DNA of 64,000 nt from Candidatus Obscuribacteraceae bacterium (GTDB lineage: Bacteria > Cyanobacteriota > Vampirovibrionia > Obscuribacterales > Obscuribacteraceae). This document shows positions 40,649-50,883 of the stretch, piece after piece. Location: contig JBGAHS010000004.1 in assembly GCA_044226015.1 (NCBI GenBank), forward strand, positions 704,001 through 768,000, in the 5' to 3' direction. The notes under the pieces were generated by a model that did not search any database, was not told the origin of the DNA, and was given only the letters and a program-made list of their open reading frames with translations. The translations under genes were made by a program, and so were the position numbers. Numbering within the stretch: the first letter of the stretch is position 1; each line of letters opens with the position of its first letter.

Positions 40649-41893
40649 CTAGCGAGCTGCAACCAGATCCTGGCTCATTGCCTTAAAATCGTGAATGCCA
40701 CCACGAACGAGTTTGCGTAGCATCCAGGCTGCGCGGAAGCGTTCTCCATGAACAGCTTGTTCTGCTTCTAATTCGCTGAGGCACCATCCGAAGCCTTTCT
40801 TTTCTGCCAGGGTCAACAAGCCATTGCCCATGCCGCAACCGTATTGCATAGCTGTGTCAACGTCTTGCGGAGTGGCAACGCCCTCTTGTACAGCGTACAA
40901 GGCTTCATTGAACATCGGCAGAATTATGCGATGGACATCGAACGCTCGTGGCTTTGTGCTGCCTGGTTTTTCTTTGCGCGCTTGCTCAAGTAAAGCAGCA
41001 AGCTCAGGGTTGATCTTGCGTGGCTCGCCTTTCTTCGGAATCTGACCGGCTTCATGCATGTAGAAACCTGCGCCTGACTTTTGTCCGAGGAATTTCTTTT
41101 GCACCATCAAATGAAGCAAAGGTGCTGGTTCAAATCTCAAGCCGTATTCCTTATAAAGGAACTCAGTGACATGAGCACATACATCGATGCCTGTCATGTC
41201 GAACAAAGTGAAGGGACCCATAGGCAGACCGAATTCAACGGCAACTCTGTCTATCTCATTTGCGTCAACGTTACCTTCTTGAAGGAGATATAGCGCCTCA
41301 TTGAGGTAGGGGAAAAGAAGGCGATTCACCAGGAAGCCCGGGCACTCTTCTACTTTCACAGGGATTTTGCCAAGTTCTTTGCAGAGAACCATGATCTCAT
41401 CGATGATTTGCTTTGATGTTTTGACACCTGGAATAACTTCAACAAGTTTCATGCTCTGCGCCGGATTGAAGAAGTGCATGCCAAGCACTTTCTCTGGGCG
41501 CTTCGTGCACGCTCCGATTTCCGAAATGGAAAGTGCCGAAGTATTGCTAGCAAGCACAGCATGCGGCGGACAAATCTTATCCAATTGCTGGAATATATCT
41601 TTCTTGACTTCGATTGTTTCAAGCGCAGCTTCAATTACAAGATCAACATCATCAAAGCCCTTGTATTCCGTTGAGCCCTTGACGTTTGCCATCAGGTAGT
41701 CTGCTTCAGCCTGAGTTAACGTGCCCTTCTTTACGCGCGAATCATACATTCTCTTAATGTTGGAAACACCGCGCTCAACAAATTCTGCGCTGACATCTTT
41801 GAGAATTACCTCTATGCCAGCCGCACTGAGCACCTGTGCAATTCCTGCACCCATCGTTCCCGCACCTACAACCGCAGCTTTCTGCACCTTCAT
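40649..41893 (-). CDS. 3-hydroxyacyl-CoA dehydrogenase with duplicated C-terminal domain
   Basis: VVGAGTMGAGIA, VIEA..E, ASNTS, GMHFFNP, PGFLVNR, second NEA..DVD.AM..G.G. Confidence 0.93.
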   Translation of the reverse strand: MKVQKAAVVGAGTMGAGIAQVLSAAGIEVILKDVSAEFVERGVSNIKRMYDSRVKKGTLTQAEADYLMANVKGSTEYKGFDDVDLVIEAALETIEVKKDIFQQLDKICPPHAVLASNTSALSISEIGACTKRPEKVLGMHFFNPAQSMKLVEVIPGVKTSKQIIDEIMVLCKELGKIPVKVEECPGFLVNRLLFPYLNEALYLLQEGNVDANEIDRVAVEFGLPMGPFTLFDMTGIDVCAHVTEFLYKEYGLRFEPAPLLHLMVQKKFLGQKSGAGFYMHEAGQIPKKGEPRKINPELAALLEQARKEKPGSTKPRAFDVHRIILPMFNEALYAVQEGVATPQDVDTAMQYGCGMGNGLLTLAEKKGFGWCLSELEAEQAVHGERFRAAWMLRKLVRGGIHDFKAMSQDLVAAR

Positions 41894-41983
41894 GGAAGCA
41901 CCTCAGAAACTCATTCTAACTCTCAAAACCACACGTTATGCTAGCATAGCCAGGTTACTAATAATCCCCTACTCTGGTGCAGG

Positions 41984-43420
41984 TTGAAACCCGTGGCCGA
42001 TTTCATGTCAACGCTTTTAAGACGAATGCCCGCTGTCTCGTCAGACGGAGGGGGCGATCAAAAAAATAAGCATTTAGGTTGGTTGATGCTAACCGCTCTC
42101 GGTATTGGTGCCACTATAGGTGCTGGCATCTTCGTGATGCCCGGGCGCATCGCTCTCATGGCTGGTCCTGCCGGGATATTGTCATTTCTGATAACTGGAT
42201 TTGTTTTCTTGTTCGTCGGAATCTGTTACGAGAAATTCGCCAGCGTCGTGCCTGAAGGCGTGTCTGCCTACAGTTATGTTTATTATTCCGTCGGTGAAAT
42301 ATTCGCCTGGATTGTGGCTTTTGGACTCTTCCTTGAATACAGTTTCGGTGCCTCCGCCGTTGCCATTGGTTGGGGTGAGTACCTTAAAAAGGTTTTGAAA
42401 GACACGCCGTGGAATCTTGATGCATTGCCATCGATTTTGCGGGGCAGCACGCTCGAAAATGGAAACTTCCACTTTGGCATTAACATTGTTGCTTTGCTGG
42501 TTGTTGGAGTTGTCACCCTTATCCTCATATATGGCGGTGTGCAAAAGTCAGCCAAGCTCAATTTCATCCTTGTATGTTTGAAATCCCTTTTGCTATGCGT
42601 CTTTATGATAGGAGGCATCAAACACGTAAACCCAGCAAACTGGCAGCCGTTTATGCCTAACGGTTGGGATGGTGTGATTAAAGCCGCTGCTATCGCAGTT
42701 TTTCCTTACGTCGGTTTTGACGCGCTCTATACTTTTGCAAGAGAATCTAAGAGTCTGAAAGACACCCAGCGTTCTACTTATTTATGTATAGGGTTGGTTG
42801 CTTTCCTCTACGTGGCAGTGATGGCTATTGCCACAGGAATGGCACCGGTTTTCATGCCTGGACCTGATGGAACAGTCGTGGGCAACCCCCTGTTCAAAGG
42901 AACGGAAGCCTCCGCACCTCTAGCAACTTTGATGATTAATGCTGGCGAAGACTGGGCGGGCAAGCTAATTGCCGCTGGTGCCGTAATCGGTATCTTTAAT
43001 GTATTGCTTGTTCTATCAATGGGCGGACCGAGAATATTCCGCAACATGGCTGAAGACGGACTTTTGCCTCCTATCTTTGCTAAGGTCAAAAACGGAAACC
43101 CTGTAATTGGCTTAGTTCTCAACGGAATCATTGTGGGAGCAGTTGCTGGTTTCGTCCCCTTTGAGAGCGTCACCGACATCATGGTTCTGGGAACTCTCGT
43201 AGCTTTCACTTTCGTTTGTATTGGAGCCTTGCGCCTTAAGCTGGTTAATCCACTCGTCGCTATAATGGGCGCCGTTGGCTGTATCGCCCTGGCGGCAAAG
43301 CTCGACGCACTCGTCTGGCAAGTTTATGCAATTACCTGTCCAGTAGGGTTACTTTTTTATTTCAGCTACGGACGCCATCATTCCCGTTTGTCAAAGCCGG
43401 CCAGTGATTCAGGCACTTAG
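41984..43420 (+). CDS. APC-family amino acid permease
   Basis: LGIGATIGAGIFV, AGPA, SAYSY, PFMPNG, YVGFD, PRIF.MA.DGLLP. Confidence 0.93.
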   Translation: MKPVADFMSTLLRRMPAVSSDGGGDQKNKHLGWLMLTALGIGATIGAGIFVMPGRIALMAGPAGILSFLITGFVFLFVGICYEKFASVVPEGVSAYSYVYYSVGEIFAWIVAFGLFLEYSFGASAVAIGWGEYLKKVLKDTPWNLDALPSILRGSTLENGNFHFGINIVALLVVGVVTLILIYGGVQKSAKLNFILVCLKSLLLCVFMIGGIKHVNPANWQPFMPNGWDGVIKAAAIAVFPYVGFDALYTFARESKSLKDTQRSTYLCIGLVAFLYVAVMAIATGMAPVFMPGPDGTVVGNPLFKGTEASAPLATLMINAGEDWAGKLIAAGAVIGIFNVLLVLSMGGPRIFRNMAEDGLLPPIFAKVKNGNPVIGLVLNGIIVGAVAGFVPFESVTDIMVLGTLVAFTFVCIGALRLKLVNPLVAIMGAVGCIALAAKLDALVWQVYAITCPVGLLFYFSYGRHHSRLSKPASDSGT

Positions 43421-43438
43421 AGCCTTTTTCTGTCACTA

Positions 43439-43467
43439 TTGACACCCTGAAGTAGATGAATGATAAT
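43439..43467 (+). promoter_or_regulatory. Putative sigma70 promoter for the TadG-like gene
   Basis: TTGACA-N17-GATAAT. Confidence 0.6.
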
Positions 43468-43571
43468 TAATTAAAGGGAACTAATCTTTGCCCTTTTGGG
43501 TTGAGCATACGACTTTGTTCGTGTGCACAGAGGCTGAACCTCTGATCGACGTTACTAGTGGGAGGCTTTTT

Positions 43572-45728
43572 ATGAAGCTCAGGCAAAAACGGGGTGGCAC
43601 ACTAGCACTTGTTGCAGCGGCTACTATCACTCTCATCCTGTTGGGAATCTGCTTTTATTTCCTTGCAACACTCTTTGGTGGCGAGCGGGAAATTCAGCAT
43701 GCAACCGACTCCGGTAACCTGAATGTTGCGAAAAACGCTCTTCGCCACCCGACAATTACTTTGAAGCCCGGAGCTGAGCAAGAGACCTTTGGGCAATTAG
43801 GCGACCGCTCACTCATAAACGAAGCGCCTCCACCGGCTGTCCCACCGGTCAACTTGTTGACTTATGATCGACTATTCGGGCATACCTTACTCTCTGCAAT
43901 CAACGTACAGAATGACGAAACTGCTGACGGGAAAGCTCACGTTGCAGCTATGGTTAAGATGCTTCAAGAGGGAGCCGATTCAATCGGTGGTCGCTTGAGC
44001 GAGAAGCTATCCGCAAAGCAAAACAATGAGTTGTTCACTAACTTTGGTGAAACAGCTAATCAAAATTCATTGAGAATGCTGGGAAATCAATCGACCCTTA
44101 CTCACAATGACAGTGATTTCGCCGTTGCTTATCTTGAGCAAACCAATCAGGATATCGGCGCAACTAACATAGAAGTTCCGTCTTCGCTTCGTAGCCTTTT
44201 TGACACTGGACTTCAGTCCTCCTTATTTACGTCCAAAGGTGGGAAAACCTACATCAGAGGCTATGTGAAACCTGGTATCACTGCTGGTGCTCCGGTTGGG
44301 GTTCCTTTGCAGCCGGGAGATCAGCCTCACCTTGTTTCGAACAGAGTTTTCTCTACTCAGACTTCGCGCGGTAACACCTTTGCTGGTACTGAAGTTCCTC
44401 CAAACGGATTTAGATCTCATACAGCTGCAGCAGCTGAGAAAGCAGGACAAAATGCCACCACGCTGTCATGCGCTGAGGTCGGTTCTTTGAACATGTCCTT
44501 CCCATTGTCGATTCCATACGGATATATCAAAATTCAAAATGGTCCTGACGGCGGTGGCTCGGCAAGTGTAAACGGTCCATTCGTGGGTCTAAATCACGTT
44601 TTGAACAATGAACTTATCACAGGTATATCTGTTGCCGGTCCAGTCTTCGCTGATACTGACGACAAAAAGACAATGGAAGAGTGGGCTAAATACAATTACA
44701 ACCAATCAAAAGGTATTACTCCAAATCCAGAGCCTTCAGCTGGTACTCAGGGACTCTTCAATCTTCAGGGTCAACCTGCTTCAAATGCTGATGCAAAGAA
44801 CATTCCGTTTGACCCCAACACTGGCGCTCTTGTCAGCACTACCTGTACTGATTTGAACTCCACAGGCTGGTCGAGAAGCGATCATGATGTAGTGGGACAA
44901 TGTTGGGACCTTCTCGGCGATGGTCATGGACCAGGTCCGTTCGATGCGGCTTTCCATCCTGATGCTTCGTACACAGACAGCAGTGATAATGTGGCAGGCG
45001 ACCTCACTTCGGTAGAGTGTGCAAAGTGCCAACTTCAGCATAAATTCAATGCTTGCGGTGGACTTACCGTCAACAGCAGCAACTGTGCAGTTACTGGTCT
45101 TAGAACCTTTGGAACAAAGACAGCTTCAGGCTTTGACAAGACTGGCGCGTATCCATCCGCACCTCCGATGGGTAGATGCAAAATCAGTCATGAATCTTCG
45201 ATCAAAGAGCTTGGAAATTTCGTCCATGATAGTTTCGGTTCCAGATTGATTGACCTGATTGCTGAAAGAGCCAGACAAATTCGACCAGAAGATGGTGAGG
45301 CACAGGTTCGAGCATTGATTGACGGCAGTCCTGCTAAGACCTGGACGCTCGGCGAAGTTGCTTACATTTACGTAGAAGAGCCAGACAATAAGACTGACCA
45401 ACACAAGAGAGAAACTCTGGTCATGAAGTCAAGCGCTCCTCCCTGGGCTGATGCAAACACTCAACCAGATGGAAATCCTGTCACCCAATCTTCGGGAAGC
45501 TACAACATTACTGGTGGTGGTGGTGCCAACGAACCTTGGATTGTTAACCCACACGGTGATGGTGGAATTCACGATATAATGTATCGCGAACATCCAAGCT
45601 CAGGTATCAATGCGGTAGATACAGCAACCTGGACTCCTTCATCTGGCTTCCAAAATCTGCTCGGTAAACTCCAATTCACAAACAGTGCAACGGGTACAGC
45701 AGCAGGATCATTCTGTAAGCCGGACTAA
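43572..45728 (+). CDS. TadG-like large pilin/adhesin
   Basis: SD GGAGG; MKLRQKRG|GTLALV prepilin-type leader plus hydrophobic helix and EREIQHATDSG.L motif; Gly/Cys-rich C-terminus. Confidence 0.7.
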   Translation: MKLRQKRGGTLALVAAATITLILLGICFYFLATLFGGEREIQHATDSGNLNVAKNALRHPTITLKPGAEQETFGQLGDRSLINEAPPPAVPPVNLLTYDRLFGHTLLSAINVQNDETADGKAHVAAMVKMLQEGADSIGGRLSEKLSAKQNNELFTNFGETANQNSLRMLGNQSTLTHNDSDFAVAYLEQTNQDIGATNIEVPSSLRSLFDTGLQSSLFTSKGGKTYIRGYVKPGITAGAPVGVPLQPGDQPHLVSNRVFSTQTSRGNTFAGTEVPPNGFRSHTAAAAEKAGQNATTLSCAEVGSLNMSFPLSIPYGYIKIQNGPDGGGSASVNGPFVGLNHVLNNELITGISVAGPVFADTDDKKTMEEWAKYNYNQSKGITPNPEPSAGTQGLFNLQGQPASNADAKNIPFDPNTGALVSTTCTDLNSTGWSRSDHDVVGQCWDLLGDGHGPGPFDAAFHPDASYTDSSDNVAGDLTSVECAKCQLQHKFNACGGLTVNSSNCAVTGLRTFGTKTASGFDKTGAYPSAPPMGRCKISHESSIKELGNFVHDSFGSRLIDLIAERARQIRPEDGEAQVRALIDGSPAKTWTLGEVAYIYVEEPDNKTDQHKRETLVMKSSAPPWADANTQPDGNPVTQSSGSYNITGGGGANEPWIVNPHGDGGIHDIMYREHPSSGINAVDTATWTPSSGFQNLLGKLQFTNSATGTAAGSFCKPD

Positions 45729-45758
45729 ACAAGAACTCTTCCCTGAAAGGATGAGAAG

Positions 45759-46265
45759 ATGACCGGTAAACAAACAAAATTCGAACATGGTTGGCTTACA
45801 ACGTCAACCATTTTCGCTTTGGTCTCACTTTTGACGTTTTTGCCAATAGCAAATGCTCAGCCGAAATTTCAGTTTATTCGGCAGGCACCAAAGAAAAAAT
45901 ACGTCAATGATAACGAGTTTGTTCCGGATACATTGAAGCAGCCTCCTGATTTGCCGTTTCTACCTCCTTATAGCGGTCAATCGCAGCCCAAATTTGATAA
46001 TCTTCTCGTTTTTAAGAAAAAGCGGAATGGACCTGGATACACTGAAACATTTCACGTAAAGGAAACTCCTCAACAGGTGATGGACTTTTACAAGAATGCC
46101 TTCAGGGACAATCGCTGGGTTTTGGACAAAAATGCCGAGACAAGCAATATGGTCGGAGCTACAAGGAAAGGCGCCGTTTGTACGGTGACCGTGATGAAGC
46201 CTATTTACAAGGGCTACAATGCCCAAGTGTATTTGATTTATAAGATTTCCGGAAACGTTCAATAA
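45759..46265 (+). CDS. Secreted hypothetical protein
   Basis: Signal ending ANA-Q; ETPQQVMDFYK..F....W pattern. Confidence 0.65.
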   Translation: MTGKQTKFEHGWLTTSTIFALVSLLTFLPIANAQPKFQFIRQAPKKKYVNDNEFVPDTLKQPPDLPFLPPYSGQSQPKFDNLLVFKKKRNGPGYTETFHVKETPQQVMDFYKNAFRDNRWVLDKNAETSNMVGATRKGAVCTVTVMKPIYKGYNAQVYLIYKISGNVQ

Positions 46266-46280
46266 CCTGGTGAGACAAGG

Positions 46281-47720
46281 GTGAATTTGAAATCGGCTCT
46301 GATTTGGACTTCTCTGCTCTTGTTGCCGATTGCTATTTATCTTGGAATTTGTGTCTATTACAAATCCACTGGTTTGAGTCAGGTAGCAGTCGACGCCAGC
46401 AGTTCGTCGACAAGCGTAGTGCCAACGAAGGATTTTGGCGCAGCAAGTGAAGTGAGCGCAGCTGCAAATGCCGAACCCGAGGCGAGCGCGCCCGAATCAA
46501 ATACAGCTGAATCTACCACGCTTTCATCGAAAGGTGGTTCTATAACGCTGAAGACCACGCATCAACCGGCTGATCCTGAAGTTGAGAAAGCGCTCGCGTC
46601 CGTAGAAGAGCACATTGCTATGTTTACGGTTACGCAGGCAGATTTTGAAGCTCTGCAAAAGATACTTGAGAAAGACCCCAACAATTATTTTGCTCACTTT
46701 CTACTCGCTCGTTGTTATCAGAGATTTGGCTTAGATGGAATGGCGGTCCAGCAGATACAAATCGCAGAGAAGCTGGCTGTGCATCCTGAAGACTTGCTTC
46801 GGCGTTTGAAGCACCATATAGAAGCTGGTGAGTTTTCCGAAGCCTTTAGCATGAAACAGTTTGTTTTCGAGAAAGCTCCGAAAGATCCATCTCTGCTTTT
46901 TTTACATGGGCTTTTTTATCTTGAGCACGGAGCGATTCCTGGAGCAGAAGACGTCTTTAAGAAGCTCTTGAAGCGTCCAGATTGTCCCCTTGGGACGGCC
47001 ACCGCCCTTGGTACCATTCGGATGGATCAGCATAAGTATCAAGAGGCAAGCGATCTTGCAGATTTCGACTTGAAGATAAACCCAAAATATGTGTCTGCTT
47101 TACTGTTGAAAGCTCAATCTCGACTAGCTGTTGGTGATGCCCGAAGCGTAATCTCTTTGTTAAAGACGCCGGTAGCTCAGCATCCATTCAATCGACGACT
47201 GAATGTCCTTTTATTTGAGGCTTACAAGCATGAAGGCATGAATGAGCAAGCGCTGGCGAGTGCCCTCTATGTAATGGCTGGCTCTGATTACGTCTCATTC
47301 TTTGAGCCAGCCATGAATAATGTTAAAGAGCTTTTGCAAGTTTTGCCTCACTCAGTGTCTAGCAAAATCGTTAGTGAAGTGTCAAAAGAAGTTGATCGCA
47401 CAGACTACGCTATGAAATTTCACTTTTACTTGGGCTGGTGCTATTACGACTTGCGCATGAGTTCCGATGCGATTCGCGAGACCCAGCACGCGCTTAATCT
47501 GGACAATGAGTTTGAGCCTAATTGGTACCAGATGGGATTGATCAAAGAGAAACTGTTGGGAGACTTGCCTGGGGCGCTCGAATTTTATGAAAAGGCGCAT
47601 CAGCTTGAGCGCTCGGACAGTAAGACGGTGCGAGGCATCAAGCGGGTTAAATACCGGCTGCGCAATGCGAATATTGATATTGCTCGTAAGATAAAGAATG
47701 CCTTGAGAGCGCGCCACTAG
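46281..47720 (+). CDS. Membrane-anchored TPR protein
   Basis: N-terminal TM; DPNNYFAHFLLARCY and further TPR motifs. Confidence 0.8.
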   Translation: MNLKSALIWTSLLLLPIAIYLGICVYYKSTGLSQVAVDASSSSTSVVPTKDFGAASEVSAAANAEPEASAPESNTAESTTLSSKGGSITLKTTHQPADPEVEKALASVEEHIAMFTVTQADFEALQKILEKDPNNYFAHFLLARCYQRFGLDGMAVQQIQIAEKLAVHPEDLLRRLKHHIEAGEFSEAFSMKQFVFEKAPKDPSLLFLHGLFYLEHGAIPGAEDVFKKLLKRPDCPLGTATALGTIRMDQHKYQEASDLADFDLKINPKYVSALLLKAQSRLAVGDARSVISLLKTPVAQHPFNRRLNVLLFEAYKHEGMNEQALASALYVMAGSDYVSFFEPAMNNVKELLQVLPHSVSSKIVSEVSKEVDRTDYAMKFHFYLGWCYYDLRMSSDAIRETQHALNLDNEFEPNWYQMGLIKEKLLGDLPGALEFYEKAHQLERSDSKTVRGIKRVKYRLRNANIDIARKIKNALRARH

Positions 47721-47746
47721 ACAAAGATGAGTTCGCATATCCGAAC

Positions 47747-50731
47747 TTATTTTGCATCCATCCAGTTTTTACCAACTCCAACGTCGACACGAAGCGGCAC
47801 TTTCAATGGGTCTCCCATGCGCATTGCCCCGACTAAGACTTCCTTTGCAAGCTCAATCTCTTCTTCTGGTACATCTAGAAGAAGTTCGTCATGAACCTGC
47901 AAAATGAGCTTCGACTTCATATCTCGTTTTCTCAGTTCATCATCCAGTCGAATCATGGCGAGTTTCATCAAATCCGCTGCACTTCCTTGCAGGGGGGCGT
48001 TGAACGCAGCTCTCTCATCAGCTTTGCGAATTCCTTCGTTGCGATCATTCAAATGACTGAAGTACCTGCGTCTTCCCCAAAGGGTCTGAACGTAGCCATT
48101 CTGTCTTGCATCTTGAATCACCCTATCCATAAATGCACGAACTTTCGGGAAGCTGGTGAAGTACTTTTCAATGAATGCTTGAGCTTCACGAGTGCTTATG
48201 CCTAACGACTGACCTGTGGCAAATGCCCCTTGTTGATATATCAGCGCGAAATTTAGTGTCTTACCAACACCGCGCTTATCTGGGTCAAGCCTGTCTATTG
48301 GCACATCAAAAATGAGTGCAGCCGTTCTAGAGTGAATGTCTTCGTCTTTCTGGAAAGCTTCGATGAGATTCTCATCGCCAGACATATGAGCTAAGAGGCG
48401 AAGTTCGATTTGAGAATAGTCAGCCGAAATCACCTGACTCGTATCATTTGCTGCAATGAATCCGCGTCTTATTCTTCTGCCCCAATCTGTCCTGATAGGT
48501 ATATTTTGGAGGTTGGGGTTGGTGCTCGATAGCCGACCTGTCGATGTAGTTGTCTGATTGAATTCACCGTGCAGGCGATGGTCAAGCTCGGAGATTTGCT
48601 TAGGTAGAGCTTCAACGTAAGTTGAATTCAACTTTGTCAGATGCCTATAGTCAAGAATTTTAGGAATGATGGCATGTGAATCTATCAGTCCTTCCAGCAC
48701 TGCTGCATCAGTCGAGTAACCGGTTTTTGTCTTCACTTTTGCTGGCAGCTTCAACTCGTCAAAAAGGACCTTTTGCAGCTGAAGTGGCGAGCCGATATTG
48801 AACGGATGCCCTGCAAGTTCATAAACTTCGCTTTCCAGGCGGCTTATCTCGCCACGCAGTTCCTTGTTTAAGTCCTTGAAATAAGGAATGTCCAGGCGCA
48901 CGCCATTCTGTTCCATGCGTGCTAAAACCTGACTAACAGGCAAGTCCATTCCGTAAAGCAACTCTCGTTGATCATCATCCATAGATTTCGAGAACTTTGT
49001 GCTTAGTTCATCAACTGCACGAGCCTCTTCTGCCGTTAATTCAGCCACTTGTCTGATTGGCAGCATGTCCAACTCAACAGCCTTTTTGGAGCCAGAGCCA
49101 GGAAGTTCTGATAACCGGCGTTGTAGAATTTCGGCTATTTGTTGCTGCAATCCATGATTTGCATCGGGATTCAAGATGTAGCTCGACAGCATAGGGTCGA
49201 AGACAACGCCTTCAAGTCTTACATCAAATAGAGAGAAGATGTTTGAGGCATATTTTGCATCGAATATCATCTTTCCGATGCTAGCGTCTTCTAATAATGG
49301 TTTGAAAAGTTGAACTACTTCTTCCCTGGAAAGAGGCGCTTCACCAGCCGCCTCAAGTGGAACGTAAACTGCGCGTTCAATTGTTTTTTCTTCCTGGAAG
49401 CTAAGGCGCTTCAAGTCTTCATCGAACTCCAACGAGTGTGAGTAGGCGAAGGAGAGACCATGAATTTGGCTGTCAAAAGCATGAGTGTGACTGGCTCGTA
49501 GCGACATTGCAAAATACTTTGCTTTTCGCAAGTCTTCAATAAGTGCTTCTAGATCTTGCCTTGTTTTTAGTATTTCTAGCTTCAGGCTATCTTGGGTTAA
49601 CACTGCTACTGCTGCTCCAGATTCATCTGTCTTCGGAGCAAGTGCATCTAGCAAACTTAACTGGCGACCGCCTCCAACAACAGGTTTGGGTGCAGGCGCA
49701 GATGCTGATGAACTGGAACGTGATGAGCTGAAGCTCAGCTGTCGGTCACCACCAGCAGTGGCTCCACCAACTGTTGCGCCGCTCTTCATTCGAGAGCGAG
49801 CTGGAACCTGAAGCAAGTCGGCGGGGATGTCTGGTTCGACTCCGTTATTGAAATAACTTAGGACTTTCGGCAATCTGCGCAGAAGGTTCCGCAATTCCAG
49901 ATAGCGGAATATTTCGCAAATTTTTGCCGGGTCTGGACAGCTAAGTTTACAATGATCGAAGTCGAATTCCAGTGGTACATCAAGTCTGATGGTTGCAAGA
50001 TCTTTGCTCTTAATAGCGCTGTCTTGTCCCTCTATCAGCTTGTTTTTCTGTGAACCCGCTTTGAGATCATTGATGTGTTCGTAGATGCCTTCGATAGTTT
50101 TGTATTGACTCAAGAGTGTTACAGCTGACTTCGGACCGATGCCTTTTACCCCAGGTATATTGTCCGATGCGTCTCCGCAGAGTCCTTTGTAATCAATGAC
50201 TTGTTCTGGCCATACTCCTAGCTTCTCAAATACTTCATCTCTTCCGTAAGTCTTTAAGCCTTCTTTTGTCGGCATCAGGACTTGTATGTGATCATCTAGC
50301 AGCTGAAAAGCATCCTGATCGCCCGTGAGAATAACTGTGGATAAGTTTCTTTCCTTTGCTTTCTTCGCAACCGTTCCTATAACATCATCAGCTTCCCAGC
50401 CTGATAATTCGTATACCGGAATAGCCAGAGCTTCCACCGCTTGTTTGATTATTGGCCACTGCTCTGCAAGGTCGTCAGGCATCTCTTCACGGTTTGCTTT
50501 GTATTCTTCAAACTGTTCATGACGAAAGGTTGGCTCCGAAAGGTCGAAGCAGACAGCCATTGAATGCGGCGCACGTTTTTCAATAAGGTCAAATAAGGAG
50601 GCAAAGAAACCGTAAACTGCCTGGGTCGGTTTCCCCTCGGCATTTCGCATTCCTGTCGTCAACAAAGCGTAGTAAGACCGAAACGCCAGTGAACTTCCAT
50701 CGACAAGAAAAAGTGTGTTGTTTTCCGGCAT
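47747..50731 (-). CDS. polA: DNA polymerase I
   Basis: LVDGSSLAFRSYYA, EADDVIGT, GDASDNIPGV, TGRLSS.NPNLQNIP, ADYSQIELR, QVHDEL. Confidence 0.98.
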   Translation of the reverse strand: MPENNTLFLVDGSSLAFRSYYALLTTGMRNAEGKPTQAVYGFFASLFDLIEKRAPHSMAVCFDLSEPTFRHEQFEEYKANREEMPDDLAEQWPIIKQAVEALAIPVYELSGWEADDVIGTVAKKAKERNLSTVILTGDQDAFQLLDDHIQVLMPTKEGLKTYGRDEVFEKLGVWPEQVIDYKGLCGDASDNIPGVKGIGPKSAVTLLSQYKTIEGIYEHINDLKAGSQKNKLIEGQDSAIKSKDLATIRLDVPLEFDFDHCKLSCPDPAKICEIFRYLELRNLLRRLPKVLSYFNNGVEPDIPADLLQVPARSRMKSGATVGGATAGGDRQLSFSSSRSSSSASAPAPKPVVGGGRQLSLLDALAPKTDESGAAVAVLTQDSLKLEILKTRQDLEALIEDLRKAKYFAMSLRASHTHAFDSQIHGLSFAYSHSLEFDEDLKRLSFQEEKTIERAVYVPLEAAGEAPLSREEVVQLFKPLLEDASIGKMIFDAKYASNIFSLFDVRLEGVVFDPMLSSYILNPDANHGLQQQIAEILQRRLSELPGSGSKKAVELDMLPIRQVAELTAEEARAVDELSTKFSKSMDDDQRELLYGMDLPVSQVLARMEQNGVRLDIPYFKDLNKELRGEISRLESEVYELAGHPFNIGSPLQLQKVLFDELKLPAKVKTKTGYSTDAAVLEGLIDSHAIIPKILDYRHLTKLNSTYVEALPKQISELDHRLHGEFNQTTTSTGRLSSTNPNLQNIPIRTDWGRRIRRGFIAANDTSQVISADYSQIELRLLAHMSGDENLIEAFQKDEDIHSRTAALIFDVPIDRLDPDKRGVGKTLNFALIYQQGAFATGQSLGISTREAQAFIEKYFTSFPKVRAFMDRVIQDARQNGYVQTLWGRRRYFSHLNDRNEGIRKADERAAFNAPLQGSAADLMKLAMIRLDDELRKRDMKSKLILQVHDELLLDVPEEEIELAKEVLVGAMRMGDPLKVPLRVDVGVGKNWMDAK

Positions 50732-50820
50732 GCTTTCAGCCCCTCGTCATTTGCTTCCGCGCAATATAAGCAAGGTATTTTAGCAAATATGCTTCGCTCC
50801 TACATTCAATCTCCTTATGC

Positions 50821-50856
50821 AAAAAGACCGGGAAGGCGCATTCTATCGCCTTCCCG
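50821..50856 (-). terminator. Intrinsic terminator downstream of the phosphatase gene
   Basis: CGGGAAGGCG/CGCCTTCCCG 10-bp stem followed by GTCTTTTT on the minus strand. Confidence 0.75.
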
Positions 50857-50883
50857 CAAAAATCTAATTTAGAATCTAAGAAC

